A stretch of 64,000 nucleotides of DNA from an uncultured delta proteobacterium. GTDB taxonomy: Bacteria > Myxococcota_A > Polyangia > Fen-1088. The stretch covers positions 1,792,001-1,856,000 of the forward strand of contig CAVYGB010000008.1 in the NCBI GenBank assembly GCA_963767925.1, read 5' to 3'. Of the stretch, positions 9,052 through 18,455 are shown piece by piece. The notes below the pieces were generated by a model that was not told the DNA's origin, searched no databases, and worked only from the letters and a program-made list of their open reading frames with translations. The number at the start of each line of letters is the position of its first letter. Within the stretch, counting starts at the first letter, position 1. A program made the translations under genes and the position numbers.

Positions 9052-10164
9052 ATGAAGATCAGAATTCGTGCGGCCGTTGCCGCGATCGTGCTCGGGGCGT
9101 GGCTCGCTGTGCCGGCCGCGCAAGCGAAGCAACCCAGTCCGGCCGAGCTCGGCGAGGCCCAGCGACGTTTCCAGCGCGCGACCGAGCTGTTCGAGGAGAA
9201 CAACCTTCCCGGGGCGCTGGCGGAGTTCCGCCGGGCCCACTCGCTCGCCCCCAACTACCGGGTGCTCTACAACATCGGCCAGCTCTGCTACCTGATGCAG
9301 GACAATCCCTGCGCCTACGGCGCATTTTCCAGCTATCTCGCCCAGGGCGCCGGCGAGATCCCGGAGCCGCGCCGGCTGGAGGTCCAGCGCGACCTCTCCC
9401 GGCTGCAGGCGCGCGTGGCCAGGCTGCGCATCATCGCCGATCGACCGGGCGCCGAGGTCACCGTCGACGATGTCTCCGTCGGCACGACGCCGCTGCTGGA
9501 GCCGGTGCTGGTGGCCGCAGGCCGACCGCGGGTCCGCGTGTCGTTGGAGGGCTACCCACCTGCTACCCAGGTGGTCGAGGTGGCAGCCATGGAGACCGCC
9601 CGGGTCGAGATTCACCTGGGACCTCCCACCCAGAGCTCGGGGCGCGAGGCCCCCTCGGGGACGAGCCCACCCCGCCGGCCCACCGACCCGGTGGCGAGCC
9701 TGCCGACCGCGCCGGTCGAACCGCCCGGCAGCGGCAGCGGCAGCGATCCGGACGTCAGCGCCAGCGATGCCACCGAGGTGACGCAGGCCCCGGACGAACC
9801 TTCCTCCACGGGCACGCTCACCACCGTGGGGATCACCCTGGGCGCGGTCGGGCTCGCCAGCCTGGCGGGCGGCGGCTTCGCCAGCTTCCGGGTCCACACT
9901 CTCGAACGGGAGATCGAGAAGGGAAAGCTCGGTCAGTTCGAACCCTCGAAGCTGACCTCGCAGCAAAACAGGGCCAGACGCTACCAGTCCTGGCAGTGGA
10001 TCGGTTACGGCGCCGGAGGCGCCACCCTGGTGGCGGCCATCGTGCTGGTGCTGATGGATGGCGGCGACACCACCTCCAGAGAGGCAGCGTCGAGCGGCCT
10101 CAGCCTGAGCGGCGCGCTCGGCCCCGGCGGGTCGCCCCAGGTCGGCCTCACCGGCCGCTTCTGA
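9052..10164 (+). CDS. TPR + PEGA domain protein
   Basis: Signal peptide MKIRIRAAVAAIVLGAWLAVPAAQA, TPR (ALAEFRRAHSLAPNYRVLYNIGQ), PEGA (GAEVTVDDVSVGTTPL), C-terminus GLTGRF. Confidence 0.85.
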   Translation: MKIRIRAAVAAIVLGAWLAVPAAQAKQPSPAELGEAQRRFQRATELFEENNLPGALAEFRRAHSLAPNYRVLYNIGQLCYLMQDNPCAYGAFSSYLAQGAGEIPEPRRLEVQRDLSRLQARVARLRIIADRPGAEVTVDDVSVGTTPLLEPVLVAAGRPRVRVSLEGYPPATQVVEVAAMETARVEIHLGPPTQSSGREAPSGTSPPRRPTDPVASLPTAPVEPPGSGSGSDPDVSASDATEVTQAPDEPSSTGTLTTVGITLGAVGLASLAGGGFASFRVHTLEREIEKGKLGQFEPSKLTSQQNRARRYQSWQWIGYGAGGATLVAAIVLVLMDGGDTTSREAASSGLSLSGALGPGGSPQVGLTGRF

Positions 10165-10173
10165 GCCCGCCGC

Positions 10174-11193
10174 TCAGAAGCCGAACTCTTCGTACTGGAC
10201 GATGTTGTTCACGTCGATGAAGAAGTCGACCACCGGCAGGAAGGGGCTCACGGGCTCGCCGGCGAAGTGCTTCTCGATGGCGTCGAACACCTGGGACGCG
10301 TAGTAGGGGCTGGTCGTCATCACCCCGTATTGCAGCCGCGCCTTCACGCTGGCCAGGGCCGCGCGGGAGGCGTCGCAGGAGGTGACGATGATCTCGTCCT
10401 TGGAGGGATCGGTGCCCGGCTTGTACTTGGGGTTCGAGACGGCCGCCTCTTGCAGCGCCTGGACCGCCCCCAGCCCCTCCGTGTCGCCGTGGCCGAAGAC
10501 GGCGTTGAAGTCACAGCCCTCCGCGATCAGCCGCTTGGCCGCCTGGTAGGCCTGGGCGTAGTCGTAATTGCCGTTGGCCTCGCAGGCCACCTCCATGTGC
10601 CCATCGGCCTTCATGGCGTCCTTGCACCCGTTGTTCATCCCGATGGTGTTGCTGCCACCTTCGGTCCCCTTGAGGTGCAGCAGCTTGACGTCCCGGTTCC
10701 CGAACACCTTGCGCAGTTGCTTGCCACAGACCTCCTTGCCGAAGGCGTAGAAGTCGGAGCGGACGGTGGTGAAGTACTTGTCGGAGGCCGCGGGCGCCGG
10801 ATCCTCAGCGTCTCGATTGACGATGATGACGGGAACGTTGGCGGCGTTGGCGATCTCGACCGCCTGCATGGCACGGTTGACCGCCACCGGACCGAGCACG
10901 AGCGTATCGGGCTTGAGCGCCATCAGGTTGACCACGTCCTCGATCTGACTCGCCTGGTGCCGCTGGTCGTCGCTGTCGAACTGGGCCTTCCGGAAGAAGA
11001 AGGCGTGACCGCGCCGGCTGGCCTCGGCGGCCATCTGATCGGAGAACGAGACGAACCAGGTGTTCGGATCGCCGATGGCCGAATAGGCCACGCTCAGCGA
11101 TTGCTTGGAGTCCGAGGCTGGGCATGCGCTCGCCGCCGCCAATAACCCAGCCAATGGCAATAAATAAGCCCGCTCTGATAGTCGCCGCTGCAT
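10174..11193 (-). CDS. Sugar ABC transporter substrate-binding lipoprotein (RbsB/YtfQ-like), orphan
   Basis: Lipobox-like ASAC. Periplasmic-binding-protein type I motifs: QIEDV..L, ANVPVIIVNR, SDFYAFG, AVFGHGDTEGLGAVQAL. Confidence 0.85.
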   Translation of the reverse strand: MQRRLSERAYLLPLAGLLAAASACPASDSKQSLSVAYSAIGDPNTWFVSFSDQMAAEASRRGHAFFFRKAQFDSDDQRHQASQIEDVVNLMALKPDTLVLGPVAVNRAMQAVEIANAANVPVIIVNRDAEDPAPAASDKYFTTVRSDFYAFGKEVCGKQLRKVFGNRDVKLLHLKGTEGGSNTIGMNNGCKDAMKADGHMEVACEANGNYDYAQAYQAAKRLIAEGCDFNAVFGHGDTEGLGAVQALQEAAVSNPKYKPGTDPSKDEIIVTSCDASRAALASVKARLQYGVMTTSPYYASQVFDAIEKHFAGEPVSPFLPVVDFFIDVNNIVQYEEFGF

Positions 11194-11370
11194 GCTCTCT
11201 CTACTCCGCGTGAAAAGCGCCCGCCTAACGTGAGCGCAAGAAAATTACCCCGAAACTACCGGTGCCGACACGAAATGCGTCAGGAAGGCGCCGCGCGTCT
11301 CGAGATCCCACTCCGAACAACGTTTCTGGGCCCTTGGCAACGTCTGCAAAATCGGTCAAGTATCGGCCGC

Positions 11371-11781
11371 TTGCTCAGGTCTCACTATCCCACCTTGCCC
11401 ACCTTCCTCCGGGTGATCGCCGGGCTGGCCCTCGCCGCCGCGAGCGTCGTCGCTTGTGTATATCAACCCGAGGTTCCCGACGGCTCCATCCGCTGCGACA
11501 GCAGCCAGCGCTGCCCCACGGGAACGATGTGCACCGCTGCCCGCGAGGGCGCTGCTGTCCACCTGGTCTGTTGCCGCAATCCCGGCTGCCAGCCGCGCGT
11601 CGGCGGGACCGGCGCTTCGATCCGGACCGCCGACCAGGAGAGCATGCCCGAGCTCCACGAAACGGAGCTCGATCCGGCACCGGCAAGAGATACGGTCCCG
11701 GCCCAGGCGGGCGACGGCGCGCCTCCCACCGGCGCGCCCGAGCGCGCCGAAGGCAACGAGGGGACGCGCAGCTCGCGGTGA
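11371..11781 (+). CDS. Small Cys-rich lipoprotein, hypothetical
   Basis: Hydrophobic stretch ending VVAC, then YQPEVPDGSIRCDSSQRCPTGTMC...CC...C. Start codon uncertain. Confidence 0.55.
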   Translation: MLRSHYPTLPTFLRVIAGLALAAASVVACVYQPEVPDGSIRCDSSQRCPTGTMCTAAREGAAVHLVCCRNPGCQPRVGGTGASIRTADQESMPELHETELDPAPARDTVPAQAGDGAPPTGAPERAEGNEGTRSSR

Positions 11782-12117
11782 GCCGCGGGTCGGGTACCCC
11801 CGGCCGTTTCGCAGCGGTGTCTGTCGGGCCTCCGGGCTGGTCCAGCGACGCCTAGACGGCGGCTCCAGGCTCGTCGCCGGCGCCGTCAGGCTGGGGTACG
11901 GCGGGTGGGACGGGTTTTCCGAGGGGCCGGTCCGTCATACTTTGCGACACGGATGAACGCCCCCTCACCTTGGGCCGCTGGCGCGGCTGCTGGCTGCCGC
12001 CTCGCTGCCGCGAGACGTCATCCGATCCGGACACGTCCGGGCATCCCCGACCTGGCGCCCCTCGCGAGGGGGAGACGGCGTGAGCCGGTACCCCCTGGCC
12101 GGGCGGGCGAGCGGCAC

Positions 12118-13107
12118 ATGAAGCCTCCGCTCGATTCGCCGGTCGCCATCCTGGCCGTCGACGACGTCGAGGAGAACCTCGTCGCCTTGCGGGGGCTGCT
12201 CGGTCGTAACGACGTTCACGTGCTGACTGCCCGTTCGGGAGGGCAGGCCCTGGAGCAGCTCTTGCGCCACGACGTGGCGGGCGCCCTCCTGGACCTGAAC
12301 ATGCCCGCCATGGACGGCTTCGAGCTGGCCGAGCTGATGCGCGGATCGCCCCGGACGTGTCACATCCCCATCTTTTTCTGACGGCTGCGCCCTACCACCT
12401 GGCCCGCCTGTTCCGGGGCAACGAGGCCGGGGCCGTCGATTTCCTGCACAAGCCGATCGAGCCGCACGTGCTGACCAGCAAGGTCGAGGTCTTCGTTCAG
12501 CTCTACCGCCAGCGCCGGAAGGTGGCCGAGCAGTTCGAGCTGCTGCGCCCGTCGCTCAGCCTGAACGAAGCCTTCTTCGCCGTGCCGGGACACGACCTGC
12601 GCACTCCGCTGGCCACGATCTCGACGGGAACGACGCTGATCGAAACGCCGGGCAGCCGACGAGCCGATGCGACGCGCCTCCCGACGCATCGTCCGCGGAA
12701 GCCAGAAGACGGCCCGCCTCATCGACCAGCTCCTCTGCCTGGCCCGCATGCGCTCGGGCCGCGCCATCCCGCTGGTGCTGCGGGAGACCGATCTTTGCTG
12801 GGTGGTGGAGACCGCGCTGGAAGACCACGACGCCCAGGGCCGCCTGATGACGGTGACGGCCGACGGCGACACCGTCGGTTCCTGGGACACCGATCGGCTG
12901 GTGCAGACCGCCGACAACTTGATCGGAAATGCGCTCCGGCACGGCGACCCTCAGGTGCCCTGGGGCAGAGGGGGGCTGGGGCTCGGCCTCTACATCGTGC
13001 AAACCTTCGTGGACGCCCACGGCGGTCACGTCCCGGTCGTCTCCGCCGCCGAGCAAGGGACCTCGAGCGCGCCGATCCCCCGTCGCCTCCTGATCGGTGG
13101 TTGTTAA
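12118..13107 (+). pseudogene. Decayed hybrid response regulator/histidine kinase
   Basis: Receiver (VDD, LLDLNMP), HisKA (GHDLRTPL) and HATPase (NLIGNALRHG, GLGLGLYIV) lie in three frames. Frameshifts at the T-run ~12373-12377 and at ~12650; the G1/F-box segment is missing. Confidence 0.85.
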
Positions 13108-13199
13108 GTGAAGGTGACTGCCGGCGCGTCCGGCGTTACGATGTGCGGACGAGGTCCCCATGCGCACCCATGAAATCCTGCGCGAAGGCTCGCCTGGTC

Positions 13200-13215
13200 T
13201 GGCCAGGCGTTTGCT
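13200..13215 (+). promoter_or_regulatory. sigma54-like -24/-12 promoter
   Basis: TGGCCAGGCGTTTGCT has GG-N10-GC with TTGC and ends 12 nt before GTG 13228. Confidence 0.45.
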
Positions 13216-13227
13216 ACCGGGTCGTCT

Positions 13228-15165
13228 GTGACGCTGCGAATCCTCCTCCTCCTGGTTCCTTGTTCGCTGGTTCTGGGCTGTGGAGACGGCGAGGGGGCGC
13301 CCCCCGGGATGCCGCTCGCGAGCACGGACGGAAGCCTCCCTGAACGAGGGTCCGCCGACGCCCGCGCGGAAGACGACGCCACCCTGCCCGAGCCCGCGGC
13401 CGACGCGCGAGGCGCGATCGACGCGGGTAGCGCCGATCTCGCGGCGGAGCCGGGCCCGGTGCCCCCTCCCGCCCCGATGCCTCCACCCGCTCCAGCGCCC
13501 ACCCCTCCCCCGCCTCCCTCTCCTCCGGCGCCTGGTTTCCCGCCGGAGATCGACGGCCGCATCGTGATCAACGAGATGATGGCCTCCAACGGCCTCACGC
13601 TGAAGAACGAGGCGGGGCTCGCGGGAGACTGGATAGAGCTTCACAATCCGACCGACCGCGACGTACCCCTCGGCGGCTATGCCCTGACCGATGACTTCAA
13701 CGTCCCGAGCAAGGCCGTCCTTGCTGCCGGCGTCAGGTTGCCCGCGGGTGGGTATCTCCTGCTGTGGCTCGACGGGGCGACCGATCGCGGCCCGACCCAT
13801 CTGCCGTTACGGCTGGCTGCGGAGGGCGGCTCGCTGGGGCTGGCGAGACCGGATGGCTCATTCATCAGCCGGCTCGTCTACGGCCCCCAGGAGACGGATT
13901 TCTCCGCCGCCCGCGAGCCGGACGGCTCCGCCGGCTGGAAGATCGAGTGGCACCCGTCACCGGGCAAGGCCAATCCGCCGGGCGAGGGGCGCCCCCTGAC
14001 CCCGACGACCGCGGCCGGCCCGGAGCCCGTTCCGGCCGCCGGTGACGTCAGCGAAGCGCTGCTGGGCCACGATGCCCTGCCCGAGATCGGGATCCAGGTC
14101 GACGCGGACAACGCAGCCAAGTTGATGGCCCAGCCCACGGTGTATGTCCCCGCCAGCCTGGTCTTCCAGGGCCGGTCGTATGGTCCCGTGGGCCTGCGCC
14201 TCAAGGGATCGGCCTCCTTCGAGCCCTTCGATCGGAAGCCATCGCTCCGGATCAACGTCGACGAGTTCGTGCCCGACGCCCGCTTCTTCGGGCTCAAGGA
14301 CCTCACGCTCAACAACATGCACAGCGACGAGAGCATGATGCACGAGCGGATGTCCTACTGGGTCGCGCGCACCCTGGGCCTGCCGGCCTCGCGGGCCAGC
14401 CACGCGATGGTTTCGATCAACGGAAAGCCGCCCGCGCTCTACATCAACGTGGAGACGGTCAAGCGCCGGATGCTCGCCCGCTGGTTCCGGAACGACGACG
14501 GCGTGCTCTTCGAGGCAACCGACGTCGACTTCACCACAACCAACGCCCTCTATCCGCACGCCGACGGCAGCCCCCGCGACGACATCTTGCACTACGAGCT
14601 CAAGAGCAAGGTGGATGACCGATCGGCGCTGTACGGTCTGGCCAAGGCGCTGACCAACCCGTCGGCCGATCAGGCCATCGCGGAGGCGGGGGCCTACTTC
14701 GATTTTGCCCACTTCCGGAGCTACTGGGCGCTGACCGCCGTCATCGGACAGGTGGACGGAATGCCCTACAGCATCCCGGGCGACGACTATTACGTGTACG
14801 GCAATCCGGAGGACCGGAAGCTCTACCTCCTGCCCTGGGGCCTCGACGAGACCTTCGAGGCGGGGGACCTGGACGTGCTGGGGCAAACCCATTCGGTCCT
14901 GGCCAGGACCTGCAAGGGATCGACGGCCTGCCGCGAGAGCTTCGTCGACCGCGTCTGGGAGTTCATGGACAAGCTGGAGGCCATGAACTGGCAAGGCGAG
15001 CGCGAGCGGATCGCCGCTCAGATCGCGCCGCTCGTCCGGCTGGATCGTCGCAAGGGCTACACCGACACCCAGGTGTTCGCCCAGCAGGAGAACATGAAGT
15101 ATTTCATCCGCGAGCGCCGTTCGAGACTGAATGGCTTCATTCCGCCGACCGGGGGAACGCAGTGA
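13228..15165 (+). CDS. Lipoprotein with lamin-tail domain and CotH kinase domain
   Basis: Lipobox VLGC, Pro-rich linker, LTD (INEMMASN..DWIELHN). CotH motifs: GLRLKGSAS, KPSLRINVD, LTLNN, LYINVE, DDYYVY, LLPWGLDETF. Confidence 0.9.
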   Translation: MTLRILLLLVPCSLVLGCGDGEGAPPGMPLASTDGSLPERGSADARAEDDATLPEPAADARGAIDAGSADLAAEPGPVPPPAPMPPPAPAPTPPPPPSPPAPGFPPEIDGRIVINEMMASNGLTLKNEAGLAGDWIELHNPTDRDVPLGGYALTDDFNVPSKAVLAAGVRLPAGGYLLLWLDGATDRGPTHLPLRLAAEGGSLGLARPDGSFISRLVYGPQETDFSAAREPDGSAGWKIEWHPSPGKANPPGEGRPLTPTTAAGPEPVPAAGDVSEALLGHDALPEIGIQVDADNAAKLMAQPTVYVPASLVFQGRSYGPVGLRLKGSASFEPFDRKPSLRINVDEFVPDARFFGLKDLTLNNMHSDESMMHERMSYWVARTLGLPASRASHAMVSINGKPPALYINVETVKRRMLARWFRNDDGVLFEATDVDFTTTNALYPHADGSPRDDILHYELKSKVDDRSALYGLAKALTNPSADQAIAEAGAYFDFAHFRSYWALTAVIGQVDGMPYSIPGDDYYVYGNPEDRKLYLLPWGLDETFEAGDLDVLGQTHSVLARTCKGSTACRESFVDRVWEFMDKLEAMNWQGERERIAAQIAPLVRLDRRKGYTDTQVFAQQENMKYFIRERRSRLNGFIPPTGGTQ

Positions 15166-17366
15166 GGTCCTTCGTGACGAGCGCTTCGGCCAGGATGGTC
15201 CTGGCGCTGGCCCTGACCGGCCTGCTGGGCGGGGCCGGATGCGACGACGCCGGCCCGATCCCCTCACGCACCGACGGCCGCACCGCGGATGCCTCGGCCG
15301 GCGCCAGCCCGGACGGCGGCGGCACGGGCGGGGTCGGCGGCGCGGGCGGCGGCGACGCCGCCAGCGGCACGGTGATGGGCGGACGGGGCGGCCAGCCTGG
15401 CGACGCCGGCGCCGCCCTCCCCGATTCGGGCAACGGCCCGGGCCCCGGCCCCGACGGCCGCCCGCCCGACGCTGGATCCGCGGGGGGCAACGCCCCCGAT
15501 GCCAGCCCACCCCCTCCCGCGCCCCCTCCCCCTCCCCCTCCGCCGCCACCCCCAGCGCCGCCGCCACCCCCACCCGCCTGGGCGGAGTTGCCCGGTCCCG
15601 GGCTCAACGTGCAAGGGGGAGAGGCCACCAGCCCGGGAGGCCGCGCCCAGCCAGGCGGGACGGTGCACCTCATCTCGGAGGACGACATCGTGCTCGACCC
15701 GGCCCGGCCGGCCGCGCCGGCGGTCGTGCCTCCCGTGCCGGGCGACGCTGTCGCCGTCACGACAGCAGAGCTGACCGCCGATGTGACGACCCCCCGGGCC
15801 GCGCGGGTCGCCGACGCGACAACCGGCGGCGCCGCGCCGGTTCGCTCCATCACCGCCAGCGCCGGCGATCTGTTCGTCCAGGGTTCGCTGCGCACGGCCG
15901 ACCTGGGAGCGACCCGCCAGGGAATCACCCTCTCTGCCCCGGGCGGCACCGTCTACGTGATCGGCACCATCGACACGAGCGGCGCCTCCGGCAGCGGCCA
16001 GGCCGGTGGGCCCATAACCATCTCCGCCCGCCAGGTGGTCATCACGGGCCGCCTGGTGAGCGCAGGCGGCGATGGTGCGACGACCGGCGGAGCGGCCGGG
16101 GCCATCCTGGTACGCGCCGCCCAGGGTCTCTCGGTCCGCGGGGGGCTCGACGCGCGCGGCGGCGATGCCCGGGACGCCGCCCCGGCGGTCGGAGGCAATG
16201 GCGCCGACGTGACCCTGGAGGCCGGCGGCGACGCCATCGTGGCCGGGGCGATCCGACTGCGGGGCGGCGCCGCGACCGGGCTGGGCACCGAAGCCCGGGG
16301 CGGCGCTGCGGCCAGCCTGAGCATCGCCGCGGCTGGAGCGGTCCATCTCGGCGGCACCGTCGACGGCCGTGGAGGGCTCGCCACCGCCGCTGCGACCGGT
16401 GGAGCCGTGGTGGGTGGGCCGGCTGGCGCGATCCGAGTCGGCCGGGCCGACGGCACCGTCCCCGCCACGATCGCGATCGCCGCCCCCATCCAGGCCGGCG
16501 GGGGCGCCGGCCATGCGGCTGGGGGCAAAGGAGGCACCTTCCGCGCCGAGCCCGACACCGGCTCGGTGAAGGTGGTGGGCCCCCGGGCCATCGACGTCGG
16601 GGGCGGCAACGCCCAGGCGGCTCCGGGTGAAGGTGGGCAGGTCACCATCGCGGCCCGCCGGACCGCCGGCGGCGGCATCAACGTGCAGGGAGAGATCTTC
16701 AACGACGGGGGCAGCGTCCTGGCAGGCGGGCAAGGGCCGGGAGGGAACGCCGGTCGCATCGACTTTCCCCAGGTGGCCACCGCAGCGACAATCGTGCTCG
16801 GGGCAGCCTCCCGGCTCTCCGCGGTGGGCGGGTCCTCCCGGGGCGCCGCGGTCGCCGGAGGAGGGGGCTACGTCTTCCTGTTCAGCAACGACGGCGACCT
16901 CACGGTCGCCGGAACCATCGCGGTGATGGGCGGCGAGGCGCCCGACCCCGGCGGCACCGGGGGACTGGGCGGCTCGGTCTACCTCTGGAGCGATCAGAAC
17001 GGCAACGGCGACGAGGTCGATTCGGGGAACCTCCTGGTGACCCCTACCGGCTTGATCGACGCCTCGGGCGGCAACGGATCGATCGGGGGGGACGCGCGCA
17101 ACGACGGCATCGACGCCACGGTGGCGGAGTTTCCCACCCACCTCGACCAGATCGCCATCTTGCTCGACTGCGACAACGTGGAGGGCGACACCCTGACCTG
17201 GCTGGACAACCGCGGTCGCCTGCGCGCCCGCGGCGGCGCTGCCAACGGCAACGGCGGCGACGTCATGTTTCACGGCATCACCCCCGACGGGGAGGAGCCG
17301 GTGCCGGGAGACATCGACAGCGCCGGAGCCGGCACCGGCAACGAGGGCGACTTCGGGTCCGAATGA
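15162..17366 (+). CDS. Large Gly/Ala-rich repeat lipoprotein, hypothetical surface protein
   Basis: GTGA overlap with the CotH gene, lipobox GAGC, poly-Pro linker, many GG-x-(A/G)G-x-(I/V)-x-(I/L) ... (I/V)D-x-x-GG repeats, acidic C-terminus. Confidence 0.8.
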   Translation: MRSFVTSASARMVLALALTGLLGGAGCDDAGPIPSRTDGRTADASAGASPDGGGTGGVGGAGGGDAASGTVMGGRGGQPGDAGAALPDSGNGPGPGPDGRPPDAGSAGGNAPDASPPPPAPPPPPPPPPPPAPPPPPPAWAELPGPGLNVQGGEATSPGGRAQPGGTVHLISEDDIVLDPARPAAPAVVPPVPGDAVAVTTAELTADVTTPRAARVADATTGGAAPVRSITASAGDLFVQGSLRTADLGATRQGITLSAPGGTVYVIGTIDTSGASGSGQAGGPITISARQVVITGRLVSAGGDGATTGGAAGAILVRAAQGLSVRGGLDARGGDARDAAPAVGGNGADVTLEAGGDAIVAGAIRLRGGAATGLGTEARGGAAASLSIAAAGAVHLGGTVDGRGGLATAAATGGAVVGGPAGAIRVGRADGTVPATIAIAAPIQAGGGAGHAAGGKGGTFRAEPDTGSVKVVGPRAIDVGGGNAQAAPGEGGQVTIAARRTAGGGINVQGEIFNDGGSVLAGGQGPGGNAGRIDFPQVATAATIVLGAASRLSAVGGSSRGAAVAGGGGYVFLFSNDGDLTVAGTIAVMGGEAPDPGGTGGLGGSVYLWSDQNGNGDEVDSGNLLVTPTGLIDASGGNGSIGGDARNDGIDATVAEFPTHLDQIAILLDCDNVEGDTLTWLDNRGRLRARGGAANGNGGDVMFHGITPDGEEPVPGDIDSAGAGTGNEGDFGSE

Positions 17367-17426
17367 GAGGCCCGCCCGGGGCTACCTTCTAAAGAAAGGC
17401 TCGCACACAGACGAATCCTGAGGAGG

Positions 17427-18455
17427 ATGACCGCGCCCGCCAGTCTGCTCCCGGGTGCGTCCAGGTATGCGGTCACTGTGCTTGGCGGGGGCACGGGGTC
17501 GTTCCAGGTGCTCAGCGGTCTTCGGGACCACGACGATCTGGCGCTGGCCTCGGTGGTGGCGATCAGCGATTCGGGCGGGGACTCCGGACGCCTCCGCGAC
17601 GAGTTCGGGATCTTGCCCCCCGGGGACCTGCGCCGGTGTTTCCTCGCGCTCTGCGAGGACTCCGGCATGCTGCGCGAGCTGTTCTCCTTCCGCTTCGAGG
17701 AGGAGGCCCTGCGCGGGCGCCAGCTCGGCAACCTGCTCTACGTCGCCTTGACCCGCATCTACGGCTCGGACCAGCAAGCCGTCCGCGCCCTGCACCGTCT
17801 GCTGAAGGTGCGCGGGCGGGTCTTGCCGGTGTCCTGGGACAAGGTCCACCTGTGCGCCGAGCTGGCCGACGGGCGGGTGCTGTTCGGGGAGACGCACATC
17901 GACCGGCCTCGCCACGACCCCGCCATCCCGATCCGCCGGGTCTTCCTCGATCCGCCGGCTGCCCCCAACCCCGAGGCCCTGGAGACCATCGCCGCCAGCG
18001 ACTTCCTGGTGCTCGCCCCCGGGGATCTCTACACCTCCCTGGTAGCGACCTTCCTGGTGCGTGGCGTCCCCGAAGCCCTGCGCGCCGCCTCGGCGCCCCT
18101 CATCTACCTGCCCAACCTCATGACGAAGCGGGGTGAGACCGATGGATTTTCGGTCTCCCACTTCGTCGAACAGATCACAAAATACGCCCGCCGGGTACCG
18201 GACGCGGTGCTGGTGCACGAGGGCCGCCTCCCCGACGAGGTGACCCGCCGCTACCTCCTCGAGGAGGCGCAGCCGGTGGAGCTCGACGACGACCGGGTCC
18301 GCGCCCTCGGCGTGAAGAGCGTCTACCTGGGCGAGCTCGCCGCCCGCCAGACCACCGCCCGCCACGACCCGGACCAGACAGCCCAGGCGCTGCGCGCGCT
18401 GTTCGCCCGGATCAGCGTGACAGCGCCAGCCCCCAGGGCAGCTCCCCAGCCTTGA
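17427..18455 (+). CDS. yvcK: YvcK/GlmR family (CofD-like) UDP-sugar-binding protein
   Basis: GGGTG, DSGGDSGRLRDEFGILPPGDLRRC, LGNL, GETHID, PGDLYTSL, NLMTKRGET, RHDP. RBS GAGGAGG. Confidence 0.9.
   Translation: MTAPASLLPGASRYAVTVLGGGTGSFQVLSGLRDHDDLALASVVAISDSGGDSGRLRDEFGILPPGDLRRCFLALCEDSGMLRELFSFRFEEEALRGRQLGNLLYVALTRIYGSDQQAVRALHRLLKVRGRVLPVSWDKVHLCAELADGRVLFGETHIDRPRHDPAIPIRRVFLDPPAAPNPEALETIAASDFLVLAPGDLYTSLVATFLVRGVPEALRAASAPLIYLPNLMTKRGETDGFSVSHFVEQITKYARRVPDAVLVHEGRLPDEVTRRYLLEEAQPVELDDDRVRALGVKSVYLGELAARQTTARHDPDQTAQALRALFARISVTAPAPRAAPQP

Noticed and set aside
15505..15578. C-rich repetitive tract (also 13460-13530)
   Set aside because: Encodes poly-Pro linkers and is not a DNA repeat element or CRISPR.
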